Below, in pieces: positions 1 to 6,376 of a stretch of 6,838 bases of DNA. The notes beneath the pieces are model-generated. The model ran no database searches, was not told the origin of the DNA, and worked only from the letters and a program-made list of their open reading frames with translations. Position 1 is the first letter of the stretch, and every line of letters begins with the position of its first letter. The stretch lies in the IMG/VR virus record IMGVR_UViG_3300024265_000604, positions 1 through 6,838 of that record, one strand, 5' to 3'. The translations under genes and the position numbers were made by a program.

Positions 1-699
1 TCATTCTTTTTTACCTTTTAATTCTATATAAACAAATGGTTCATAATTTAAATCAATTTCATTATCAAACATTTTCTTTTTAACAATATCATGAGTAATC
101 TTACCATTTAATAAAGGTTTGATTATATCTACTATTTCAATTACTCTTAATCTTAATCTTTTTGGATAATTTTTAAGAATTTTAAATTGTAAACCTTTCT
201 TTCTATGAGATTCTACTTTTTCATAAGTATTATATAATTTAAAGTATTTTTTTGCTTTATTATATGGTAATGTAAATTTACCATAAGTATTATTATTTAC
301 ATCATGAAAAACATAATTAAAATTATCTGAATTAAAGTTATTTCTATGTTGGCATTCAATAATAAAATTAGCTTGTTTTCTAAATCTTTTATCTATAGTT
401 GATAACATTGGAGTAGTTAAATAAATATCTGTAAAAGATTTTCTTGTATGAAATATTATACTTGATATATATTCATTTAGAGAACTTGAACTTACTCTTG
501 ATTCAATCCAAGAATAACCCTCATCCATTAGAATAACAATATTATCTTTAAGTTCAAATAAATCTGGAATACCTAATTCTCTATAGTTAGGAATATTAAT
601 TTTAAAATTACTCCAAATTTCTCTATTTTCCAATAAAATTAAAAGAAGCATAATTAATGTTTTACCACTTCCTAAATTACCTATTACTATAACTAACAT
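1..699 (-). CDS. Zot/inovirus pI-like P-loop ATPase (putative virion assembly/extrusion ATPase), 232 aa
   Basis: N-terminal strand plus Walker A GNLGSGKT, REIWSNF after the P-loop helix, Walker B IVILMDEG, and HTRKSFTDIYLTTPMLSTIDKRFR matching the Zot/pI pattern (RH/RK-x-x-x-D-h-h-h-h-T-[QP]...IDK-x-h-R). No TM segment evident. Confidence 0.85.
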   Translation of the reverse strand: MLVIVIGNLGSGKTLIMLLLILLENREIWSNFKINIPNYRELGIPDLFELKDNIVILMDEGYSWIESRVSSSSLNEYISSIIFHTRKSFTDIYLTTPMLSTIDKRFRKQANFIIECQHRNNFNSDNFNYVFHDVNNNTYGKFTLPYNKAKKYFKLYNTYEKVESHRKKGLQFKILKNYPKRLRLRVIEIVDIIKPLLNGKITHDIVKKKMFDNEIDLNYEPFVYIELKGKKE

Positions 700-703
700 A
701 GTA

Positions 704-1030
704 TTAATCTAATTTGGTATTAAAACTAATATTTTCATTTAAATTTTTATTATTTAAATTTGATATAGCAGAAATAATTTCCTTCCTTCCGTTTCTGTCT
801 TTACTAACCATATATTCCATAAATTTTCTAATATATGTAAATATTGTTTTTGCTGTAATTGGATAACCATCTTTTTTTAAACTTGTAGCTAACATAAATA
901 ATCCTGCTAATTGTCTTGGTCTTGGAATTTCTGTTTTTAATTCTAAATTTTTTTTACCACTCATAAGATTATTTAGAATTTGCTGAATAGAAACGTCATC
1001 ATTTTCTATTAAATCTTTAATTCCTTCCAT
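704..1030 (-). CDS. Hypothetical soluble helical protein, 108 aa, directly upstream of the ATPase
   Basis: Open frame with a TAATG stop/start overlap at 1030, a GGGGT SD-like motif upstream and a 4-nt gap to the ATPase. Contains the charged motif VSKDRNGRKEI. Confidence 0.8.
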   Translation of the reverse strand: MEGIKDLIENDDVSIQQILNNLMSGKKNLELKTEIPRPRQLAGLFMLATSLKKDGYPITAKTIFTYIRKFMEYMVSKDRNGRKEIISAISNLNNKNLNENISFNTKLD

Positions 1031-1410
1031 TATATAAACCCCATTACAATATAAGTACTAAACCCTCCAATTAATATACCAAATATTATATCCATCCAAT
1101 TTCTTTTAGGTTTGTCATTAAGATTTTTTGTAAAATCAACTATTACATGCTTATTAAGTATTAAATCTGTATATTTAGTATTAATTTTAGTTTTAATATC
1201 AATAAATAGTAGTAAATCTTTTGTAGAAATATCATAGCAATAATAATTATTTAAACCTTTTGAGTATGAATGCTGAGATATATCTATGATATAAGCATTA
1301 TCTTTAAAATTAACATTTTCAGTGGTGGATTTAATTCTTTTTCTAATTACTTCTGTATAAAAATTTCCATCTTTATTGTAGAATATAACTATATATTTTT
1401 TCTTAAACAT
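1030..1410 (-). CDS. Hypothetical protein with soluble beta-rich N-terminal domain and single C-terminal TM anchor, 126 aa
   Basis: Hydrophobic C-terminus IIFGILIGGFSTYIVMGFI. GAGGT SD-like motif at 1419-1423 (minus). 2-nt gap from the upstream gene. Confidence 0.8.
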   Translation of the reverse strand: MFKKKYIVIFYNKDGNFYTEVIRKRIKSTTENVNFKDNAYIIDISQHSYSKGLNNYYCYDISTKDLLLFIDIKTKINTKYTDLILNKHVIVDFTKNLNDKPKRNWMDIIFGILIGGFSTYIVMGFI

Positions 1411-1412
1411 TT

Positions 1413-1736
1413 TTATAAACCTCTTTTCTTTTTGAATCCTTCATAATAATCTAAACCAGCTATTAAAAATATAATAGATTGAAAAAAGATAAAAAATAAA
1501 CTAAAATATGGAGTAAATGGCATAAATGGATAAGTTAAACATATAAAACCTATTAATAATGAAAATAGGTAAGTAAGGATTAAGGGTAATATATCTTTAA
1601 CTTTCATATATAAATATAGCATTAAAATTATTAAAAAGAAAATTACAGAAATATGAGAAAATATTATACCAACATTTTCTATTTCTTGTCCCGCGTGAGT
1701 AGGGTCTGGAAAAGGGTCTACAGGTTGAAATATCAT
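1413..1736 (-). CDS. Small membrane protein with about 3 TM helices, 107 aa (putative minor virion protein)
   Basis: Three hydrophobic stretches and a basic C-tail (FKKKRGL). GGAGGT SD motif at 1749-1754 (minus). Confidence 0.8.
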   Translation of the reverse strand: MIFQPVDPFPDPTHAGQEIENVGIIFSHISVIFFLIILMLYLYMKVKDILPLILTYLFSLLIGFICLTYPFMPFTPYFSLFFIFFQSIIFLIAGLDYYEGFKKKRGL

Positions 1737-1739
1737 ATT

Positions 1740-2189
1740 TTATTCATTACCTCCAGTTAATTTTTTTATTACTCCTATAGAATAACCAAGTGTTAAACCT
1801 ATATATATAACACTTCCAAATATAGCAATTTCTATAATTAAACTAAATACAATTAAGGTTAAAGTTGTCCATAAACCTACATAAGCAGTTATCATAATAA
1901 TTACTTTTGCTGAATAAGGATTCAAACCAGACCCTAAAACCGAAATTCCTATTATACCTGCTACAACAGCTACAGTTATTATTAATGCTATTCCAGCATT
2001 TATTAAGACTGAAGTATCAATTTGAAATATTACATCTTGAGCTTCTACTAAAAAAGTAGTTGTATTACCATTAATTAATGAAACATTATCAACTTCTACA
2101 TTTATAGTATTAGAGATATAATCACTTCCTAATATAATACTAAATAAAGACAGAAAAACCATTACTAATATTGTTAAACTTATTAACAT
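1740..2189 (-). CDS. Membrane protein with about 4 TM helices and a probable glycosylated external loop, 149 aa (putative minor virion protein)
   Basis: N-terminal hydrophobic helix, an acidic loop with NVS and NTT sequons, then three further hydrophobic segments. GAGG SD-like motif in the end of the upstream gene. Confidence 0.8.
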   Translation of the reverse strand: MLISLTILVMVFLSLFSIILGSDYISNTINVEVDNVSLINGNTTTFLVEAQDVIFQIDTSVLINAGIALIITVAVVAGIIGISVLGSGLNPYSAKVIIMITAYVGLWTTLTLIVFSLIIEIAIFGSVIYIGLTLGYSIGVIKKLTGGNE

Positions 2190-2194
2190 TTTTA

Positions 2195-2425
2195 TTAGCC
2201 TCTACTTTTTTGAACATTATTTCCAATTATAAATATTAATACAATTAAACATAAAATTATACTCCATAATGGTAATAATGCTGACCATACACAAAAACCA
2301 CAAAATATAGTTAGCCAACAAAAGAAAGTTTCTATATCTTTATAAGTTAAATAGGTTAATGCTAAAGCCAAACCAAAAGTTATAGATAAACCTAATACTA
2401 TATTTGTAGGAGTTATAACAACCAT
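2195..2425 (-). CDS. Small 3-TM membrane protein, 76 aa (putative minor virion/tail protein)
   Basis: Almost wholly hydrophobic, with an LLPLW turn before the last helix. Starts 3 nt after the adhesin stop. Confidence 0.8.
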   Translation of the reverse strand: MVVITPTNIVLGLSITFGLALALTYLTYKDIETFFCWLTIFCGFCVWSALLPLWSIILCLIVLIFIIGNNVQKSRG

Positions 2426-2428
2426 TTA

Positions 2429-5374
2429 TTAAACCACTTCCTTTTTACTTTTAAAGAATACCATTATTATACTTGGAAATACAATAATAAAAAATAACCA
2501 ATATGGAATTAAAGTACTAATTGTTAATACAAGAGAAAATAATATAAATAAAGGTACTATTACTTGTTTTCCAAACCTACTTGAAAATAAAAATGTAGGT
2601 ACTAAAATAATAATTAATGGAATCATCATATTAAGTAATGATTCTGTAATAACACTAACATCTATATCTATAACATCTATTAATTCTACATTATAAATAT
2701 AACCAGAAGTTAAACCTGTTATTACATTATTATCCTTATCGGTTATTAATACTATTATATCTCTTACAGTATTGTCTTGAGATAAAAGAAATCTTGTAGT
2801 TGTAAGTGTATAAGGTATTGGAAGTATTTGAGAAATATCAGTATAATTAATTCTTATATAACCATAAGCATTATTATCCATATCAGACCTAAATGAAAAA
2901 GCATAATCAGAACTATTAACATCATTAATATTAAAAGTGGCTTGAATGTATTCTAAATTTGTATCGTCTGCTATATGTAAGAAATATAATCTATTATTAG
3001 AAACATAAAAATAACTGTCATCTATATCTACTCCAGAATGTTCAAACTCTAAATTATATTCTATAACACCTTGCTTTAATATAACTCCATCTATTTTGAA
3101 TGTAGAAATATTAAAATAATGATTTTGAAGAGTAAAAACAAAAGTAATATTAGCTATTGTTGTATCAGAATCATAGCCATTAATAGTATGAACTTCATTA
3201 TAATAATTTCTCATACTTCTGAATTCTGTCATTGACATACCAACAGTATAACTTCCTTCTACTAATCCAATATTAAAAGAACCATTAGCTTTTAAAAATA
3301 ATAAATTATTAATTTGAGTATTCCATGTTTGAGCAATATTATAAACAGCATAAGCCAATTCTGGAGTTTGAGAAATTCCATTATAATATACTCCAATATT
3401 ATCTATATTCCAATGTAAATCAGCATAATCGACAGAATGAACTAAAAGAGAAATCTTAGTTAATCCATTTTTTCCAGTGTAAAAGTTTGGTACTGTATAA
3501 GAATCATCATAAACTCCATCTATATAAAAATCAATGAAGGTTATATCTAATTCATAATTAATAAATACTACTACTCTATAAATTTTTCCAGTGGTAATAT
3601 CGTCTCTTACTTGTAAACCCCAAAAATCATCTACAGCTTGAAAAATATTCATAGAACCATTACTTCTAAAATCCAGCATTGCTATATAATTATCGTCTGA
3701 TGATTCTATTATTAAAGTGTGTGTACCGTTATTTCCAGTCATATCCATCATTTCAAACTCTATATCTACAGTAATAAAATTATCTGTAGAAGTAAAATCA
3801 TCATTAAGTATTCCTATTGTTTGAGCTAATCCATCTGTAGAAAGTTTATATACTCTGTCATCAGATTCATTAGGGTCTTGAATTATTATAGCTAATTCAT
3901 TTTCAACTCCAGTTTGCTCCCATCCTAAAGCTTCTTTAGTATTTACTGGAATTAAAGTATTTATACCACTTAAAGCAAATTCATATTTATCTACTTCTTT
4001 AAAACCAGTAATATTAAGATATGGAATAAGATTATCGCCAATTATATAACTTGGTAAATTATCGCCAAGATTATAATAAGGGTCTGCTATATTACCATAA
4101 TTGTCTAAGAACATAGAATTGACAGAATCGCCTTGAGCTTGAATGGTAAATGCGTCAATTCCATTACCTCCCATATTATCATGAGTAGCTTGATTATCAA
4201 CCTTTAAAACTAAATCTACATAAAAATCAAAAGTATTATCAGCCCTCCATGTAATTCTAATATGATAAAATATATCATTACTAACAGCTTGTATTAATTG
4301 CCAAACATCAAACTCATCTTGATATTCTAAATTACCACCGTCTATTTTAAGATAAACAATAATTCTACCAACCCCTTGATCTGCTATTGGCATATGCCAA
4401 TATTGATTAACCTCATTTGTTCCAAGATAATATTCAATTGTACCAGAAGTAGAAGGAGTAAAGTAATGAGATATAAGAGGGTCTTCTGCTGGAGTTATAT
4501 CATCTGTAAGATTAAAGACTTTAGTAAAAGAATCAAAATTAGGGCTTACAATACAATCTCCATCAAAAAGAATTGAACCAGAAACTATATTAGGTAAATC
4601 TCCAATATTTTGTTCAGTAAAAGTATAAGTAGCATTAATACCAGACCAAGAATAACCAATTGCGTCAAAATATATTTGGTAATTACCTGTAGAACCAGTT
4701 CTAATAAACAAACCTTCCAAATTATCTGCTACAGTTCTAAAATCAATACCAGAAAGAATTTGAATATTATCTAAATAAAAATCAAACAAATCAGAAGTAC
4801 AATTGAAAATTATTTTACTATGATACCATTTGTTAGAAATTACACTTATACCCGTATCTGTTAAATCCTCTCCATCATAATATTTAAACTTGCCAGATAT
4901 CGTAAGAATTGATATCATTGTATCAGTATCATTTTGTAAATAGAAAAGTACTGTCTTAGCTGAATCAGAAAAATACCACCACCACTCAACAATACCAGAA
5001 ACTATATTATCATCAAAAAAGTTAGTCATGTCTATATTTCCTGCTACACTATGATTCATAAGTATTACTTTAGAATGATTATCGAAATCACTAATTACAT
5101 TAAGATTACCCCCAGTTTCATCTATATTACTCCATCCTAAAGGAATAGTTCCATCTATATCATTTTCAAAACTATAAGTAGCATTATAATGACCAGAATA
5201 ATAACTTGAATTTTTAACATTAAAAGTATTGTCAAACTCATTTATAGTAGAATCAATTAAAACATTATCATCAAAAGTATAAGAAATATCTGTAGCTCCT
5301 TTAACAAAATTAGTAGGAAATAAAAATAAAGATAATATTAAAAATACACTTATTATTATATATTTTCTATTCAT
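2429..5374 (-). CDS. Large secreted, membrane-anchored glycoprotein with three ConA/LamG-like beta-sandwich repeats; putative receptor-binding adhesin/tail protein, 981 aa
   Basis: Signal peptide MNRKYIIISVFLILSLFLFP...VKG/A. Repeated motifs NKWYHSKIIF...FDFYLD / DIFYHIRITW...FDFYVD / KIYRVVVFI...IDFYIDG and YFDAIG / FLDNYG / NIDNIG. At least 15 N-X-S/T sequons counted by eye. Three C-terminal TM helices followed by KSKK. Confidence 0.82.
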   Translation of the reverse strand: MNRKYIIISVFLILSLFLFPTNFVKGATDISYTFDDNVLIDSTINEFDNTFNVKNSSYYSGHYNATYSFENDIDGTIPLGWSNIDETGGNLNVISDFDNHSKVILMNHSVAGNIDMTNFFDDNIVSGIVEWWWYFSDSAKTVLFYLQNDTDTMISILTISGKFKYYDGEDLTDTGISVISNKWYHSKIIFNCTSDLFDFYLDNIQILSGIDFRTVADNLEGLFIRTGSTGNYQIYFDAIGYSWSGINATYTFTEQNIGDLPNIVSGSILFDGDCIVSPNFDSFTKVFNLTDDITPAEDPLISHYFTPSTSGTIEYYLGTNEVNQYWHMPIADQGVGRIIVYLKIDGGNLEYQDEFDVWQLIQAVSNDIFYHIRITWRADNTFDFYVDLVLKVDNQATHDNMGGNGIDAFTIQAQGDSVNSMFLDNYGNIADPYYNLGDNLPSYIIGDNLIPYLNITGFKEVDKYEFALSGINTLIPVNTKEALGWEQTGVENELAIIIQDPNESDDRVYKLSTDGLAQTIGILNDDFTSTDNFITVDIEFEMMDMTGNNGTHTLIIESSDDNYIAMLDFRSNGSMNIFQAVDDFWGLQVRDDITTGKIYRVVVFINYELDITFIDFYIDGVYDDSYTVPNFYTGKNGLTKISLLVHSVDYADLHWNIDNIGVYYNGISQTPELAYAVYNIAQTWNTQINNLLFLKANGSFNIGLVEGSYTVGMSMTEFRSMRNYYNEVHTINGYDSDTTIANITFVFTLQNHYFNISTFKIDGVILKQGVIEYNLEFEHSGVDIDDSYFYVSNNRLYFLHIADDTNLEYIQATFNINDVNSSDYAFSFRSDMDNNAYGYIRINYTDISQILPIPYTLTTTRFLLSQDNTVRDIIVLITDKDNNVITGLTSGYIYNVELIDVIDIDVSVITESLLNMMIPLIIILVPTFLFSSRFGKQVIVPLFILFSLVLTISTLIPYWLFFIIVFPSIIMVFFKSKKEVV

Positions 5375-5541
5375 AATACAATACCAGATACAAGTGAAAT
5401 AATTAGCATTACTAAAGCAATTAATAATATTGACTTAATTAATAAATATAATTCTTTAAAAGTTTTGTCAATATCCTTTTGATTAGGTTCTATTTTCTTT
5501 TCCGGAATAATAATTAGTTCTTTCTTTTCTGTATCATCCAT
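5371..5541 (-). CDS. Small protein with charged N-terminus and C-terminal TM helix, 56 aa (not in ORF track)
   Basis: Manual translation: MDDTEKKELIIIPEKKIEPNQKDIDKTFKELYLLIKSILLIALVMLIISLVSGIVL*. Its TGA overlaps the adhesin ATG (ATGA, 5374-5371) and it fills the gap between MCP and adhesin. Confidence 0.78.
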   Translation of the reverse strand: MDDTEKKELIIIPEKKIEPNQKDIDKTFKELYLLIKSILLIALVMLIISLVSGIVL

Positions 5542-5558
5542 ATTTTTCAAACCAGTTC

Positions 5559-5583
5559 AAAATAAAATAAAAAAAATAAAAAA
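5559..5583 (-). terminator. Oligo-T archaeal-type terminator downstream of the capsid gene
   Basis: Minus strand reads TTTTTTATTTTTTTTATTTTATTTT, starting about 26 nt after the MCP stop, with no GC hairpin. Confidence 0.6.
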
Positions 5584-5609
5584 TGTGAAATCAGAGAATT
5601 AACGTATAA

Positions 5610-5852
5610 TTAGCTTGAACGTGCTTTAGGTAAAAACATCATAACTACGGAAATAATTGCTATAATAGGAAGTAAGGTGACCAAAAGTACTAAAACTGTA
5701 GGGTCAATAACGTCAGCCAGAGTATCGCCAGATGTGGCATTTACAATTACATTTCCCGCATTACCAATTAATCCGAGAGCTATAGGGAAAATTACAGCTA
5801 TAATAATTAATGCGACAGCTAAAGTTATAACCTTTCTATATGATTCAGCCAT
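5610..5852 (-). CDS. Putative major capsid protein of spindle-shaped archaeal virus type (two hydrophobic helices, hairpin), 80 aa
   Basis: MAESYRK-VITLAVALIIIAVIFPIALGLIG-loop with NAT sequon-DPTVLVLLVTLLPIIAIISVVMMFL-PKARSS. Each helix has an internal proline, as in SSV1 VP1 (recalled as IGIVLLPVI...TLLNLVPLFYIL), and the tail is basic. First gene of the operon, followed by a terminator. ATG at 5852 is preferred over the TTG at 5861 used by the track. Confidence 0.78.
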   Translation of the reverse strand: MAESYRKVITLAVALIIIAVIFPIALGLIGNAGNVIVNATSGDTLADVIDPTVLVLLVTLLPIIAIISVVMMFLPKARSS

Positions 5853-5884
5853 TTTTATCAAAAAATCTTTTTTTTATGAAAAAT

Positions 5885-5936
5885 TTTATAAATTTAGTTA
5901 TAAATAGTAATGTTTGTTCACTTTTAAGGTTTTTGG
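5885..5936 (-). promoter_or_regulatory. Candidate archaeal promoter(s) for the structural operon
   Basis: Minus strand has CCAAAAAC-CTTAAAAG (BRE-like plus TATA-like, 5936-5921) and a second candidate TTTATAAA at 5892-5885. The AT-rich background prevents choosing between them. Confidence 0.4.
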
Positions 5937-5963
5937 TTGAAAATATTTCATATTTTTCTTTAC

Positions 5964-6012
5964 TACTAAAGAATTTATAATTATACTAAAGAATTGATAA
6001 TTATACTAAAGA
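5964..6012. repeat. 20-bp tandem direct repeat, about 2.5 copies
   Basis: TACTAAAGAATTTATAATTA (5964-5983), TACTAAAGAATTGATAATTA (5984-6003), TACTAAAGA (6004-6012). One mismatch between the full copies. Confidence 0.9.
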
Positions 6013-6020
6013 TTTAAATA
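6007..6020 (+). promoter_or_regulatory. Archaeal TATA box with purine-rich upstream element for the small-gene arm (probably leaderless mRNA)
   Basis: TAAAGA-TTTAAATA. The box at 6013-6020 is centred about 26 nt upstream of ATG 6043, the usual archaeal TATA-to-start spacing, and that ATG has no SD. Confidence 0.6.
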
Positions 6021-6042
6021 GTAGTTATTCCTTTATTTAATT

Positions 6043-6195
6043 ATGACACATTTAAAAATGAATGCTTTTGAAAAAGATGATATAATTACTAAATTAAATA
6101 AAATTTATTTAAATTCTAAGAACTTAAATAAAACAGATATTAAAGCTATAATCAGAGTTATGGATATAGTTCTTAATAAAATAGAAAATAAGTGA
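6043..6195 (+). CDS. Small hypothetical helical protein, 50 aa (not in ORF track)
   Basis: Manual translation: MTHLKMNAFEKDDIITKLNKIYLNSKNLNKTDIKAIIRVMDIVLNKIENK*. Positioned correctly behind a TATA box. Alternative start at ATG 6058. Confidence 0.65.
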   Translation: MTHLKMNAFEKDDIITKLNKIYLNSKNLNKTDIKAIIRVMDIVLNKIENK

Positions 6196-6201
6196 ATAAA
6201 A

Positions 6202-6351
6202 ATGGCAACAAGAATAATAGAATGGAAAAATGCTGACAAAACTGAATATGAAATTATGAAATGGATATACAATTATAATAAACATGAAGTTTATAGATAT
6301 TTTAGAAATTCAGCGGGAATAATAACTAAGGATAAAATAGGAAGTTTATAA
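6202..6351 (+). CDS. Small hypothetical protein, 49 aa (not in ORF track)
   Basis: Manual translation: MATRIIEWKNADKTEYEIMKWIYNYNKHEVYRYFRNSAGIITKDKIGSL*. Preceded by AAGTGAATAA (6190-6199), 6 nt after the previous stop. Confidence 0.68.
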   Translation: MATRIIEWKNADKTEYEIMKWIYNYNKHEVYRYFRNSAGIITKDKIGSL

Positions 6352-6376
6352 ATTAACCAAAAGTGAATAATTATGA
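6351..6376 (+). repeat. Repeated gene-leader element, copy 1 (contains GTGA SD-like motif and start codon)
   Basis: AATTAACCAAAAGTGAA-TAATTATGA, identical to 6636-6662 except for a 1-nt indel. Confidence 0.85.

Noticed and set aside
409-411. Pro (CCA) in place of the usual Gln (CAA) in the ATPase TTQ motif, suggesting inactivation
   Set aside because: As I recall, Vibrio Zot proteins also read LTTP here, so it is probably a natural variant. Walker A and B are intact.
1-699. Calling the ATPase a zonula occludens toxin
   Set aside because: Only the N-terminal ATPase domain is similar. There is no TM or C-terminal toxin region, and the context is viral morphogenesis.
4376-4576. 66-aa plus-strand ORF from the track
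   Set aside because: Lies wholly antisense within the adhesin, starts at TTG, and has no RBS or protein-like features; shadow ORF.
4055-4642. Slightly higher GC in the inserted adhesin repeat as evidence of foreign origin
   Set aside because: The difference from neighbouring repeats is small by eye and explainable by amino-acid composition.
5610-5852. Type IV pilin/archaellin or inovirus pVIII identity for the small hydrophobic protein
   Set aside because: No class III signal cleavage motif or globular pilin domain. The two long Pro-containing hydrophobic helices fit the spindle-virus hairpin better, though a signal peptide plus single TM coat protein is not formally excluded.
5853-5861. 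Extended MCP start (MIK-) at TTG 5861
   Set aside because: An in-frame ATG at 5852 is preceded by TGATAAAA, a plausible weak SD-like leader; the extension adds nothing.
5677-5907. 76-aa plus-strand ORF from the track
   Set aside because: Antisense to the capsid gene and running into its promoter; GTG start without expression signals; shadow ORF.
5914-5940. Minus-strand TCAACCAAAA...AAAAGTGAACAA resembling the plus-arm leader repeat
   Set aside because: Needs a 9-nt insertion to align, is not followed by a start codon, and could arise by chance in A-rich DNA.
5964-6012. Possible mini-CRISPR array
   Set aside because: The repeats are directly adjacent with no unique spacers.
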